A stretch of DNA of 64,000 nucleotides from Anaeromyxobacter sp. (GCA_049840735.1 JASGJN010000005.1:1-64000), one strand, 5' to 3'. Shown: positions 45,166 through 56,619, counted from the stretch's first letter. The notes: a model not told the origin generated them from the letters alone. Translations and numbers: made by a program.

Positions 45166-46571
45166 CTGTCTCCCCTTTCCGTACCCTTCGTGGACCCGCC
45201 GCGGCCAGGTGTTCCCTTCGCGCCGGGTGCGGGTGCGGTGGCCGGCACCGGGGCCGCCTTCTGCTCGGCGGGCGCGACGGCGGGCTGCGGCTGGGCCTCT
45301 TGCTGCGCGGCCTGCGCCGCCGCCTCGTCCGCCTTCCGCTTGGCGTCGGCCTCGCGGCGCAGCCGATCCTTCTCCTCGCGCGCCAGCCGCTTCTTCTCGC
45401 GGTCCACCGAGCGGAGCGCGTCCTTGCGGTACTCGGGCAGGCGCCCGTCCTTGCCGCCGGAGGCCTCGAAGGCGTCGAGGTAGGCCACGCCCTGCTCCAG
45501 CCGCGCCAGGGTCGCCGTCCCGGGCCGCTCGCCGTCCAGGAAGAGCACGGCCAGGTTGAACTGGACCTCGATCATCTTCGGATCGAGGGCCTGCGCCCTG
45601 GCGTAGGCCGCCTCGGCGTCCATGAACCGCTTGGCGCCGCGGTAGGCGTTGCCCAGGTTGAGCCAGGCCGCGGCCAGGCCCGGCGCGTCGTGCACGGCGC
45701 GCTCGAGGTGGGAGATGGCCCCCTCGTAGTCCTCGGCGTCGGCCAGCATGGCGCCGTAGTTGGCCTGCGCCTCCGGGTAGTCGGGGCGGAGCGTGGCGGC
45801 GGTCTTGAAGGCCTCCAGCGCCTGCGGGACGTTGCCCAGCTCCAGCTCAACCGCGCCGATGCGGTTCCAGACGGCCGCGTCGCTGCCGTCGACCTGGCGC
45901 GCGTTCTCCAGCACCATGCGCGCCAGCTCGAACCGCTTCTTGCGCTGGTAGACGGCGGCCAGGTTGACCATGGCCGGCACGTTCTTCTCGTCGGTCTTGA
46001 GCGCCCGGCGCGCGGCCTCCTCGGCGCCGGCCAGGTTGCCGGTGGCGAGCAGCACCTCGGAGAGCGCGTTGCGCAGCGCCACCGAGTCCGGGGTCTTCTC
46101 CAGCCGGGCCCGCAGGTCGGCCTCCACCTGCGCCGCCCGCCCGGCGCGGATCTCCAGCCGGGCCAGGTTCTGCGCCGCCGGCACGAAGCCGGGCGAGCCG
46201 TCCAGCGCCCGCTGGTAGGCGGCGCGCGCCGCCTCGGGCTGCTTCAATGCCTCGCGCAGCCGGCCGGCGTTGAGGCCGGCCCAGGCCATGCGCGGCTCGC
46301 TCGCCAGCGCGGCCTCGAACTCGGCGGCGGCGCCGGCGAGGTCGCCGGCCGCCTCCCGCCTCACGCCGTCGGCGAACCGGTCGCCGGCGCGCCGGTCGAG
46401 CGGGGCCGTCGCCGGCGCCCCGAGGGCGGCGGCGCCGGGCCCGGCGGCGGGCTGCGAACCCGCGCCCCCCGGCTGCTGCACGCTCGCGCAGGCGGCGAGC
46501 ACAGCGGCCAGCGCGGCCGGGACGATCCCCGGCCACGTCCGACGGAGGGTGCGGGTCCGCGCCACGGTCAC
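45162..46571 (-). CDS. GltE/AglT-like TPR lipoprotein
   Basis: Lipobox LAAC; multiple TPRs; GTGA and ATGA overlaps with neighbours; position immediately before gltF-gltG-like genes. Confidence 0.78.
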   Translation of the reverse strand: MTVARTRTLRRTWPGIVPAALAAVLAACASVQQPGGAGSQPAAGPGAAALGAPATAPLDRRAGDRFADGVRREAAGDLAGAAAEFEAALASEPRMAWAGLNAGRLREALKQPEAARAAYQRALDGSPGFVPAAQNLARLEIRAGRAAQVEADLRARLEKTPDSVALRNALSEVLLATGNLAGAEEAARRALKTDEKNVPAMVNLAAVYQRKKRFELARMVLENARQVDGSDAAVWNRIGAVELELGNVPQALEAFKTAATLRPDYPEAQANYGAMLADAEDYEGAISHLERAVHDAPGLAAAWLNLGNAYRGAKRFMDAEAAYARAQALDPKMIEVQFNLAVLFLDGERPGTATLARLEQGVAYLDAFEASGGKDGRLPEYRKDALRSVDREKKRLAREEKDRLRREADAKRKADEAAAQAAQQEAQPQPAVAPAEQKAAPVPATAPAPGAKGTPGRGGSTKGTERGDR

Positions 46572-48145
46572 TTCCCCTTGAGCAGCTTCTTCGCGTTCTC
46601 GATCTGGCTCTTCGCCACGGTGTCGGTGACGCCCTGGACCGCCACGCAGGCCGTCAGCGCCTCCTTGGACCGGGCCGTCTTCTTGGCGTCGGAGAAGAGC
46701 GAGGCCGCGCGGTAGAGCGTCTTGGCCGCGCTGTTCGCATCGGCCTTGGCGCACTCCGGATCCTTGCCGAAGGCCAGGTACGCCTCGGCGGCGTCGGCCG
46801 GCTTGCGGGCGACGTCGTACTCGGCGGCGACGTTCTGCATGGCCAGGCAGCGGTTGACGTTGTCCGGCCACTTCTGCAGGAAGTCCTGGTACGCCTTGGC
46901 GGAGTTGAGGTGCTCGCCCTTCTTGGCCAGGCCGGAGGCCAGCAGCAGGGCGTTGGTGGGCGCCAGCTTGGAGTCCGGGAACTCCTTCAGGATCCGCTCG
47001 CGGGCGGCGATGGCCTTGGCGGACTGGTCGGCCTTGTCCCAGGCCAGCGCGGCGTTGTGGAGCGCGCCGGCGGCGTCGCCGGTGCCGTTGTCGGCCAGCG
47101 CCTGGAACGCGGCGGCCGCCTCGGCGGTCTTGCCGGCGTCGAGGAGCTTCTGGGCCTGGGCGAACTGGGCGCCGGCGCCCTCGCGGGTCACGGCCTCCTT
47201 GGCCTTCATCAGCCCGGCCTTCTGCTTCTCGTCGGTGGCCTTGGCGATCTGCCCGTCCAGCTCGGCGGAGACCTTGGCCACGGCGGCCTGGAACCCGGCC
47301 TCGTCGCCCAGGATGCGGAAGGTCTGCGCGTAGTAGGGCAGCGCGTCGGCCAGGATCACCGGGTCGTCGCCGAACCGCGTGTTGATGAACTCGAAGCGGC
47401 GGCGCGCCTCCTCCATGTTGTCGCTCGCGTACTGCACCTGGGCGGCCAGGAGGGCCAGCGTGGCGGCGGCGATGGGCGGCCGCTGCTCGGCCGGCTTCTT
47501 CATCTCCGGGTCGAAGTCGAGCAGGGCCAGGTAGCCGTCGATGGCGGTGATGGCGCTCTTCCACTCGCCCTGCGGCGGGCGCGGGTTGAGGGCGGCGCCG
47601 TTGCGCTGCTCGAGCTTGGGCATCTTGATGGGCTCGAGCTTGCCGGCCTTGGTGGCCTGGTTGGCCGCGAACACCCAGTCGGTGGCGGCGGTGTGCCAGG
47701 CGGTGGCCTTGGAGGCCTGGCTGGCGTGCGGATCGGCCGCGACGCGCTCGGCCAGCTGCGCCGCCTTGTCGAACTGCCCGGCCTGCCGGTACATCTCGGA
47801 GGCCAGCAGGTTGATGGGGATCTGGTACTCGGAGACGCCGTACTTCGCCTGGATCGAGGCGTAGCCGTCGGCGGCCGCGCCGTACTCGGCGCGGGCCTGG
47901 TCGCTGGCGCCGGCCTCGCGGGCCTGGTCGCCGCGCTTCCGGTGCGTGTCGGCGTCCTTGTAGGCCGCGCCGGCCGCCTCCTCCAGCGAGGACGCCGCAG
48001 GCGCGCGGGCGCCCGCCTGCTGGAACCGCGGATCGCCGCCGACGCTGGAGGCGCCGCCGGACGCGCCGCCGCCGCCCGTGGCACAGGCCGCGGCTGCGAG
48101 GGTCAAGAAGGCTGCCAGCCGGATCTTCGCGCTGTTCGTGATCAT
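46568..48145 (-). CDS. TPR lipoprotein
   Basis: Lipobox AAAC; helical repeats with EFPDSK and KWPD turns. Confidence 0.78.
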   Translation of the reverse strand: MITNSAKIRLAAFLTLAAAACATGGGGASGGASSVGGDPRFQQAGARAPAASSLEEAAGAAYKDADTHRKRGDQAREAGASDQARAEYGAAADGYASIQAKYGVSEYQIPINLLASEMYRQAGQFDKAAQLAERVAADPHASQASKATAWHTAATDWVFAANQATKAGKLEPIKMPKLEQRNGAALNPRPPQGEWKSAITAIDGYLALLDFDPEMKKPAEQRPPIAAATLALLAAQVQYASDNMEEARRRFEFINTRFGDDPVILADALPYYAQTFRILGDEAGFQAAVAKVSAELDGQIAKATDEKQKAGLMKAKEAVTREGAGAQFAQAQKLLDAGKTAEAAAAFQALADNGTGDAAGALHNAALAWDKADQSAKAIAARERILKEFPDSKLAPTNALLLASGLAKKGEHLNSAKAYQDFLQKWPDNVNRCLAMQNVAAEYDVARKPADAAEAYLAFGKDPECAKADANSAAKTLYRAASLFSDAKKTARSKEALTACVAVQGVTDTVAKSQIENAKKLLKGK

Positions 48146-48159
48146 GTGGTGTCTCCGTC

Positions 48160-51100
48160 TCAGGTCCCCGCGCCGGCCGCGGCGTTGCTGGCCTGCGACG
48201 CCGGCGCTTCCACCGCCGGGGTCTTCCCCGGCGCCTCCCCCGCCGCCTGCGCGGCGGGCCTCACCTGCTCGACCGCCGCGCTGCCCGGCGCGCCGTTCCC
48301 CGGCTCACCCCCCACGGCCCCCGTCGCGGGAGCGGCGGGCGGTGCGCGGTGGGTGGGCCCATCCGGCGTGTCGGCGAAGGGCGCCGGGGAGAGGTCTTCC
48401 TGCAGCATCCTCACCTTGGCGTCCTTCATGACCGGGTACTCGGTGGGCCGGTACCTGGCCAGCGACTCGGCGATCTTCTTCGTCCACTCGTTCTTCACGT
48501 GGAGGCGCCGGGCCTGCTCGATGGCGTCCACGTACACCTTGACGGCCTGCTCCTCGTAGGGCGCGGCCGCGGCGGAGAGCTGGTCCTGGTAGGCGGCCAG
48601 CAGCTCCTCGTTGGCCTTCACGTCCGGCGGGATGGGCGCGTCATACAGCGTCTGCGCCAGGCGCTCCAGCAGGTACGCCTTCCGGTAGAAGGCGGCCAGG
48701 ATCCAGTCGGGCCGCTTGTACCGCATCACCTCGTCGTACTGCGGGGCCACCTTCTTGGCCTCGGCCAGCTTGGACTCGAGGGCCTTCTGCAGCTTCTTGG
48801 TGTTGCTGGTGGCCGGCAGCTTGATCTGGTCGTACCGCTCGAAGTCGTACTCGGCCAGGCGGAAGCGGGCCTCGGCCGCGGAGGCCGCCGCGGCCACGTG
48901 CACCTCGGGCTTGAGCCCGCGGGCCGAGAACTCGCGCACGGCCTTGCCGTAGGCCACCTGCGCCTGCCGGTGATCGCCCGCCTGCCGGTAGGCCAGGCCC
49001 ATCTTGAGATAGGCCGACACCACCAGCTCGTGCTCCTTGCTCTTCGAGAAGCGGCCCACGAACCCCTGCAGCGCCTGCACCTCGCGCTGCGGCTGGTCCG
49101 CCCGCTCGTAGATGAGCGCCGCGTGGTACTGGCTGCGGGCCGCGTCGTCCGCGTCGGGGTAGGTCCTGGCGTAGCGGACGAAGGCGTCGGCGGCCTCGTC
49201 GTAGCGCTGCAGGTTCTCCAGCGAGCGCGCCGCGTTGTAGAGCGCGTTCTTGCGGTGCCTGGAGTTGGGGTAGCGGTTGACCAGCTGCACGTAGCGGTCG
49301 ACGGCCTTCTCGAACTCGTAGGTGTTCTCGGCGTTGAAGCCCACCCGGAACAGCGCCTCGTCGGCCAGCGTGGACTTCGGGTACTCGGCCGGGATGCGCT
49401 CGTAGAGCCTGAGCGCGCTCTCGAAGCGGCGGGCCCCCTCGTAGCAGGCCGCGGCGTTGAAGAGCGCCTTGTCGGCGAACTCGTGCTTCGGCTCCTCGGC
49501 CACCAGCGCCAGGAAGGTGGCCGCGGCGGGCTCGTACTGCTTCGCGTCCATGAGCTGCATGGCGCGGTTGAAGCGGCCGCCCAGCTTGAACTTCTGCAGG
49601 CTGGCGTTCAGGTCCTTGTTCTTGCCCACCGCGGCCAGCTGCAGCCGGGCCGAGGCCGACTCGACGTTGGCCCAGTCCTTGGTGGTGAGGTAGCTCTCGA
49701 TGATCAGGTTGGCCGAGTACTGGGCCACCGGCGTGCTGGGCCAGGTGGAGACGACCTCCTCGAAGCGGCAGCGCGCCTCGTCGAAGTCGCCGTACTGGTA
49801 GAAGAGCTCGCCGGCCTTGTAGGCGATGGCCGGCGCGCGCTCCTGCTCGGGCGCCTTGTCCAGCAGCGCGTCGGAGTCGCGGACCAGGTCCTGCAGCACC
49901 GCCGGCAGCGGCTCGGCCTTGACCACCTCTTCCGGCTTGCGGTCGGCCGAGCGGAGCACCTTGCGGGTCTCCAGCTGCCCCAGCCGCTGCAGGCGCGTGA
50001 TCTCGCCCTCCCAGGCGATGATGGCGGAGAGCGCCGCCTCGGCGCGGTAGCGATCGCTGGCCGGGTCGTCGCGCACGCCCGCGTAGACGCGGGCGCTCCG
50101 CTCGAACTCCAGCGAGTTGTAGAGGCAGTCGGCCCACCGGTAGGCCATCTCGTGCGCCTGCTTCGAGTGGGGGAAGCGGGTCACGTAGTCGCCGTAGGCC
50201 TTGGCGGCGACCCGGTACTCGGCCACGGCCGGCTCGAGCTTCCGGTCGGCCTTGTACTGCTGCGCCTGCGCGTGGTGGAAGCTGGCCGCGCGCAGCAGGC
50301 TCTGCTCGGAGAGGCTGCGGACGGTGGCCACCAGGGTGGGGTCGCCGGCGTTCCGCTGGTACCAGGGCGAGCCCTCGGCGTAGGCCGCGACCAGCGCCTC
50401 GCGCTCGGCCGCCTCGCGGTCGAAGCGGCGATCGCGCGACCAGGCCAGCACGATGCGCGCCTGGATGCGGGGCGCGTCCGGCGCGAGCGGGTCCTTGTCC
50501 AGCACCGCCTTGTAGGCGGCCACGGCCTGGGCCCACTTCGTCTCGTCGAAGTAGACGTCGCCCATGCGCGTGTAGATCTCGGCCTCGTACGGTCGGCCGC
50601 CCAGCCCCTGGTAGTACCCGACCGCGCGCTCGATGCCGCCGCCGCGGTCGTCGGCGAAGCTGATGGCGATGTACTGGATGGCCTCCGGCCAGACGTCGCC
50701 GCCGGGCTTCTCGCCGGGCGCGGCCGAGGCGACGTAGTGGTCGAGCAGGCGGGTGAACCCGTCCACCGCGCCGCCGAAGTCGTCCATCCGGTAGCGCGTC
50801 CAGCCCAGCTTGTACTGGGCGCGCGCGTAGAGCGGGTGGTCGGGGTACTGCTCCAGCTGCTGGTACGCCGCGGCCGCCCGGATGAGCGAGTCGGGCTGGA
50901 CCGCGTCGAACCAGTAGTCGCCCAGCCGCACCCAGGCCTCGGGCACGTACGGGCTGCGCGGGTAGCGCTGGATCAGGGCCTGGTAGGCGTCGCGCGACTC
51001 CTCCTCCTGGCCCATCTCGCCCAGCGCGTAGGCCAGCAGGTACTGCACGCCGTGCTGGAAGGGGTAGTCGGGGAAGCCGGTGAGGATCTTCTGGTAGAGC

Positions 51101-51666
51101 GCGATGGAGGGCGCGTAGCTCTTCTGCGGCTCGGGCGGCGGATCGCGCCCCTCGGCCACGGCCTTCTGCGCCGCCTCGGTGTGGGCGGCCACCGCGGCCT
51201 CGAAGTCGTCGTTGGCCTTCTCGTAGTGGAGCTCGGCCAGCCGGAACATCGCCTCCGGCGTGTGGGCCCGGTCGTCCGGGTAGCGGCGCAGGAACTCCTC
51301 GAAGCGGGCGATGGCCGACTGGCGCTCGCCCTTCTCCAGCGACTCCACGTCGTCCAGCTGCCGGTCGAACCTGTCGGAGACGGCGTGGCGGGCCTGATCG
51401 TAGCTGCGGTCGATCCGCCCCTGCGCCTCGGCCTTGTAGTCCTGGGCCACCTCGTCGAAGCGGCGGATGGAGGCCTCGAGCTCGGCGCGATCGGCGTCGG
51501 GCGTGGGGAGCACCACCGGCGCCTGGGCGGGCGCCGGGGCCGGCGCGGCCGCAGCGCCCTGGCGCGGGGCGCGGACGCGGCAGGAGGTGTAGCCGGCGGC
51601 GGGGGCCGCGGCCAGCGCGGCCAGCGGCCCCAGCAGCAGCGCGGCGGCCAGGAGGAGGCGGTTCAC
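48160..51666 (-). CDS. GltD/AgmU-like large periplasmic TPR protein (1168 aa)
   Basis: Signal peptide; many TPRs (RYPxS, EAMFRLAEL, ALFNAA); C-terminal KNEWTKK...RPTEYP. Confidence 0.8.
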   Translation of the reverse strand: MNRLLLAAALLLGPLAALAAAPAAGYTSCRVRAPRQGAAAAPAPAPAQAPVVLPTPDADRAELEASIRRFDEVAQDYKAEAQGRIDRSYDQARHAVSDRFDRQLDDVESLEKGERQSAIARFEEFLRRYPDDRAHTPEAMFRLAELHYEKANDDFEAAVAAHTEAAQKAVAEGRDPPPEPQKSYAPSIALYQKILTGFPDYPFQHGVQYLLAYALGEMGQEEESRDAYQALIQRYPRSPYVPEAWVRLGDYWFDAVQPDSLIRAAAAYQQLEQYPDHPLYARAQYKLGWTRYRMDDFGGAVDGFTRLLDHYVASAAPGEKPGGDVWPEAIQYIAISFADDRGGGIERAVGYYQGLGGRPYEAEIYTRMGDVYFDETKWAQAVAAYKAVLDKDPLAPDAPRIQARIVLAWSRDRRFDREAAEREALVAAYAEGSPWYQRNAGDPTLVATVRSLSEQSLLRAASFHHAQAQQYKADRKLEPAVAEYRVAAKAYGDYVTRFPHSKQAHEMAYRWADCLYNSLEFERSARVYAGVRDDPASDRYRAEAALSAIIAWEGEITRLQRLGQLETRKVLRSADRKPEEVVKAEPLPAVLQDLVRDSDALLDKAPEQERAPAIAYKAGELFYQYGDFDEARCRFEEVVSTWPSTPVAQYSANLIIESYLTTKDWANVESASARLQLAAVGKNKDLNASLQKFKLGGRFNRAMQLMDAKQYEPAAATFLALVAEEPKHEFADKALFNAAACYEGARRFESALRLYERIPAEYPKSTLADEALFRVGFNAENTYEFEKAVDRYVQLVNRYPNSRHRKNALYNAARSLENLQRYDEAADAFVRYARTYPDADDAARSQYHAALIYERADQPQREVQALQGFVGRFSKSKEHELVVSAYLKMGLAYRQAGDHRQAQVAYGKAVREFSARGLKPEVHVAAAASAAEARFRLAEYDFERYDQIKLPATSNTKKLQKALESKLAEAKKVAPQYDEVMRYKRPDWILAAFYRKAYLLERLAQTLYDAPIPPDVKANEELLAAYQDQLSAAAAPYEEQAVKVYVDAIEQARRLHVKNEWTKKIAESLARYRPTEYPVMKDAKVRMLQEDLSPAPFADTPDGPTHRAPPAAPATGAVGGEPGNGAPGSAAVEQVRPAAQAAGEAPGKTPAVEAPASQASNAAAGAGT

Positions 51667-53981
51667 TCGTCCCTCCCCAGCACCGGCGCGTACCGCGCCT
51701 CCAGCGCCCGGAGCGCCTCGGCCTTCTCGGCCGAGAGCGTGCGGAGCTTCTCCACCCGCTCCTTCTTGCGGGCCCAGGCCACGTCGGTCAGCCCCACGTC
51801 GCCCTCCAGCGCGACCCCGTACAGCTCGCGGCGCACGTCGCCGAAGGCGCGGAACGCCACCAGCCCGACCGCGCCCGAGACCTCGCCGCGCATGCCCTCC
51901 AGCGCGCCGGTCTGCTGCGAGAGGATCAGCCGCTCGCGGGCCACCTGCGCCTGCATGGCCCCGGCGCGCTGCGCCGCCTCGTCGGCGGCGGCGGCGCCGA
52001 CCGCGCGCGCCTGCACCGCGTACCCGTCCAGCTGCTGCGAGAGCGCGTCGGCCCGGTCGGCGCGGGCGGCGGCGGCGGGGTCGGCCTTGAGCCGCGCGCC
52101 GGCCAGCAGCTCGCGCTCGCGCGCCAGCAGGGCCAGGTAGTCGGCCCGCAGCCGCCCCTCCTCCTGCAGCGCGTCGGTCCCGGCCGCGGCGTCGCGGGCC
52201 AGGGCGATCTTCTTCTGCAGGCCGGCCAGCTCGGCCCGGTAGCCCGCCACCACCTGCCGGTGCTGGCGCAGCTCGTCCTCGAAGGCCTGGCGCGAGGCGG
52301 CGTCGGTGCGGACCTCGTCCTTGTGCGTCTCCAGCCAGACCTGCGAGGCGGTGATCATCGCGTCGGAGGCGTCGGCGCCGTAGGCCAGGCGGAAGGCCTC
52401 CCGGTCCACCGCCTCCAGCCGCGAGCGGAGCAGGTCCAGGCGCGCCACGGCCGCGTCGGCCGTGCGGGGCAGGGCGTCCAGCTTGCCCTCCAGCGCCACC
52501 CGCTGCGCGTGGACCTGGTCCAGCTGCTCGCGCGCGCCGGGGTCGGCGTGGGGGCGCAGCGCCTCGACCACCACGGTGGCGGCCTCGCCCTGCAGCACCG
52601 CGGCGGCGTTCTCGACCGCCTGGGCGCTGGCGTAGGACTCGCGCAGGTCCGGGAAGGCGTCCAGGCCGTGGTTGCGGGCCAGGGCCGCGTCCACGCGGTC
52701 GGCCAGCGCGGCGGCCTCCTCCAGCGCGTCGCGGCCGCCCTCCACGTCGCCGGCCAGCGCCGCGGCGCGGGTGACGTCCGGCCGCTCGGCGGCCCAGCGC
52801 ATGGCCACCGGCGGCACCGGCGTCGCCACCTCCAGCGGCCCCTCGTGGCGCGAGACCAGCTCGCCCAGGTAGCGGACCGGATCCTCGTGCAGGTCCAGCA
52901 CCGAGCCGAGCGCGTCGCGGGCGCCGCCGTACTCGGTCACGACCCGCTGGTAGGCCTCGCTGGCCTCCTCGAACCGGCCCAGCTGGACCAGCACGTGGGC
53001 CTCGAGCAGCGCCGCCTTGGGCGCCAGGCGCGCGTCCGGCGCCAGGTCCGCCACGGTGCGGGCGGTCCGCAGCGCCGCCTCGGGCTGCCCCTGGTCCAGG
53101 TAGGCCCAGGCGGTCTCGTAGAGCGAGGCCTCGAACTGCGGCGAGTCCACGCCGATGCGGCCGTAGGCGTCCAGCGCCGCCGGGAGCTCGTCGCGCTCGG
53201 CGTGCACGCGCCCCAGGGCCATCAGGCAGAGGTCCTGCACCTCGCGCGCGCGCGCGTCCGCCGCCTGCAGCCCCACGCAGCGCTGGAGCTGCGTCACCGC
53301 CGCGCCCAGGTCGCTGCGCTCCACCTCGACGGCGCCCAGGAAGTAGGCCGCCTGCGCCTCGTAGGGCGGCGGCACCGCCGCGAAGGCGGCGCTGGCCTGG
53401 GCCAGCCGCTCGGCAGGCGGCAGGTCCGTGCGGGCGTAGGTGGCCTTGGCGGTCAGGTAGCGCAGCTCGCCGGGCAGGTTCTCGCCGAAGACCCGCTGGG
53501 CGTCGCCCAGCAGCGACTGCACCGCCGCGGTGTCGCCGACGCGGGCCGCGCAGTCCACCGCCGCCGCCAGCGCCTCGCCCTGGTGCTGGGAGGTGCCCAG
53601 GGCCAGGTAGGTCGCGAGATACGGGCGGGCCGCCGGGCAGTCCCCGGCGCGCCGGAGCGCGTCGCCCATGTAGAAGCGGGCGGTGTCGCCGCCGCCGCTG
53701 GCGGCGAACGGCGGGTCCTCCAGCGCCTCGCGCAGCAGCGCGGTGGCGCGGTCCCAGTCGCCCAGCAGGTAGTAGGTCTCGGCCTCGGAGAGCTTGCGGG
53801 CCGCGCGGGCGGAGGGCGCCTCGGCGCGGGTGGCCACGCCCTGCTGCACCAGCTGCAGCAGCGACTGGACCGTCGGGACGCCGCGCTCGACGTCGGCGAG
53901 CGCGTCCGCCGCGGCGGACCGGGGGGACAGCGCCGCGGCCGCGAGCAGGGCCGCGGCGACGAGGGCGCGTCGCCAGTTCAC
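51663..53981 (-). CDS. GltC-like TPR/coiled-coil periplasmic protein
   Basis: Signal peptide; LALGRV-like TPR, ASLYETAWA; C-terminal GDVGLTDVAWARK. Confidence 0.7.
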   Translation of the reverse strand: MNWRRALVAAALLAAAALSPRSAAADALADVERGVPTVQSLLQLVQQGVATRAEAPSARAARKLSEAETYYLLGDWDRATALLREALEDPPFAASGGGDTARFYMGDALRRAGDCPAARPYLATYLALGTSQHQGEALAAAVDCAARVGDTAAVQSLLGDAQRVFGENLPGELRYLTAKATYARTDLPPAERLAQASAAFAAVPPPYEAQAAYFLGAVEVERSDLGAAVTQLQRCVGLQAADARAREVQDLCLMALGRVHAERDELPAALDAYGRIGVDSPQFEASLYETAWAYLDQGQPEAALRTARTVADLAPDARLAPKAALLEAHVLVQLGRFEEASEAYQRVVTEYGGARDALGSVLDLHEDPVRYLGELVSRHEGPLEVATPVPPVAMRWAAERPDVTRAAALAGDVEGGRDALEEAAALADRVDAALARNHGLDAFPDLRESYASAQAVENAAAVLQGEAATVVVEALRPHADPGAREQLDQVHAQRVALEGKLDALPRTADAAVARLDLLRSRLEAVDREAFRLAYGADASDAMITASQVWLETHKDEVRTDAASRQAFEDELRQHRQVVAGYRAELAGLQKKIALARDAAAGTDALQEEGRLRADYLALLARERELLAGARLKADPAAAARADRADALSQQLDGYAVQARAVGAAAADEAAQRAGAMQAQVARERLILSQQTGALEGMRGEVSGAVGLVAFRAFGDVRRELYGVALEGDVGLTDVAWARKKERVEKLRTLSAEKAEALRALEARYAPVLGRDE

Positions 53982-54709
53982 CGCGCAGCGCCTTCCGCGG
54001 CGGCGGGGGCGACGGGCGGGCCCTCGCGCGCCACGTCCACGTCGTAGCGGACCGCGGGGCGATCCTTCAGCTCGGCGGTCAGGCCGCCCTTCTCGTAGCC
54101 GACCACCTTGATGGCGGTGCGCTTCCCGGGCTCGGCGGCGAACGTGTACGAGGACTGGACCTTGAAGCGGTAGCCCTCGAGGTAGCTGAACAGGCCGAAG
54201 CCGTGGCCGCGGTAGACCAGCTGGACCGAGATCTGGTGGTTGCCCGGCGAGACGCGGCCGTTGAAGATCTCCAGCTCCTCCTTCTTCTCCAGGTCGCCGT
54301 CCTGATCACTCTTGGTGAAGATCGGGGCGCCGTCGAGGGCGTAGGCCACCGACTCGAGGTAGAAGGACGAGCCCATCTCGTTGCGGTGCACCAGCACGGC
54401 CTTGGCGCCGGTGGTGATGTCGCCGCCGATCACCATCTCCTGCAGCCCCATGAGCCGGGCCTTGGTCCGGTAGATCTTCTCCTTGAGGTCGGCCACCTGC
54501 TGCTCGAGGGCCCGGACCTCCAGGTCGTTCTTCTCGTCCGCCGTCATGGGCGGGCGGGCGGCGGGGGCCGCGGCGGCGGTGCTGGCGTCGTCGGGCGCCT
54601 GCGCGGGCGTCGCGGCTGCGGGCGCTGCGGGCGCCTCGGACGCCTGGGCCAGGGCCAACTCGGGCTGCACCACCCAGCAGAGGGCAGCCATCAGGACGTA
54701 GCGCACCAC
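53978..54709 (-). CDS. Secreted hypothetical protein (coiled coil + beta-sandwich)
   Basis: Signal peptide ALA-Q; LEQQVADLKEKIYRTKARL; YRGHGFGLFSYLEGYRFKV; start approximate. Confidence 0.75.
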   Translation of the reverse strand: MVRYVLMAALCWVVQPELALAQASEAPAAPAAATPAQAPDDASTAAAAPAARPPMTADEKNDLEVRALEQQVADLKEKIYRTKARLMGLQEMVIGGDITTGAKAVLVHRNEMGSSFYLESVAYALDGAPIFTKSDQDGDLEKKEELEIFNGRVSPGNHQISVQLVYRGHGFGLFSYLEGYRFKVQSSYTFAAEPGKRTAIKVVGYEKGGLTAELKDRPAVRYDVDVAREGPPVAPAAAEGAAR

Positions 54710-54841
54710 GATCACCCTCGCTTCCGCGGGAAAACCCCCGTCAATCCACGGGGCAACGACCGTTTCCCTTATAGCACGAGGAGCGACCCGCCCATCGAGC
54801 ACCCCCCGAAGGCGGGAGTCTCCCCCGGATCGGCGGGGCCG

Positions 54842-55429
<588 letters not shown>

Positions 55430-55431
55430 GT

Positions 55432-55912
55432 CTACTCGCTGAACAGGTTGTCGATGTCGTCGTCGGTGATCTCGGCGAAGGGGCTGGCTGCGCCGGGCGC
55501 CGCCTGCTTCTTCGCGAGCGCATCGAACACCCTCGCGAGCTCTTCCCCCGCCTTCTTCACCCGCAGGCGCACCAGGCCCAGCGAGCTCTTCGCGTCGAAG
55601 ATCACCACCAGGACCACGCGGCCGCCCACGATGCTCATGTGGAGCGACTCGCGCTCGCCCTCGTGGAACTGGTTCGGGAACTCCTTCTCGCCGATCAGCT
55701 TGGCCAGGCCGCCCATGGCGGCCACGTTGCCTGCGGTGAGCGAGGCGAGCGAGGTCGTGTCGAGGTTCTGCGCCTGCCCGCTGGAGGCGATGAGCTGGCC
55801 GTTCTTGTCGACGAGGAAGACGACCTTGGCGTTCGCGTCGCGCGTGAGCCGGTCGCAGAATCCCGGCGACGAGCCGGAACTCCTCCTCGTACATCACCAA
55901 GCCGGAATTCAT
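55432..55912 (-). CDS. mglB: Roadblock-domain GAP MglB, +1 frameshift at about 55860
   Basis: [49 protein letters not shown]. Confidence 0.95.
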
Positions 55913-56022
55913 GAGCTCTGGCTCTCCGCCCTGAGGTGCGAGTCCCTGGCCGAATACCAGGGAACCGGGCCGCTTTCAATGCCGGTGGGTAACGGCAGGG
56001 CTCCCTGTCCCGGGCAGCTGCC

Positions 56023-56619
56023 CTACAGCTCCCGGCGCCCGGCGAGCGCGCGCGCCAGCGTCACCTGATCAGCGTATTCGAGATCCCCGCCCATGGGAAC
56101 TCCCTGCGCGATCCTCGTCACCTTGAGCCCCAGCGGCTTGAGCAGCCGGGTCAGGTAGAGCGCGGTGGCCTCCCCCTCCACGTCGGGGTTGGTGGCGATC
56201 ACGATCTCGGTGGCCGGCTCGCGCTCCAGGCGCAGCAGGAGCTCGCGGATCTTGAGCTCCGAGGGGCCGATACCGTCCAGCGGCGATAGCGCGCCGTGCA
56301 GCACGTGATACCGCCCCCGGAACTCGTGGGTGCGCTCCACGGCCAGCAGGTCGGGGACGGTCTCCACGACGCACACCAGCTGCGCGTCCCGCTCCGGATC
56401 CCGGCAGATGGCGCAGGGGTCGGAGTCGGTGAGCGTCTGACATCCGGAGCACAGCCGGACGTCCCGGACCACCCCCGAGATGGCGGCGGCCAGGTCGCCG
56501 GCGTAGCCCGGCCCCGCCTTCAGGATGTGGAAGGCCAGCCGCTGGGCGGTCTTCTCCCCGATCCCGGGCAGCCGGGCCAGCTCCTTCACAAGCCGGGCGA
56601 TGGGGTCGGCGACCGCCAC
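56023..56619 (-). CDS. recR: Recombination mediator RecR
   Basis: LPGIGEKTAQRLA, C4 zinc finger, YHVLHG.LSPLDG, ATNP.VEGEAT. Confidence 0.97.
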   Translation of the reverse strand: MAVADPIARLVKELARLPGIGEKTAQRLAFHILKAGPGYAGDLAAAISGVVRDVRLCSGCQTLTDSDPCAICRDPERDAQLVCVVETVPDLLAVERTHEFRGRYHVLHGALSPLDGIGPSELKIRELLLRLEREPATEIVIATNPDVEGEATALYLTRLLKPLGLKVTRIAQGVPMGGDLEYADQVTLARALAGRREL

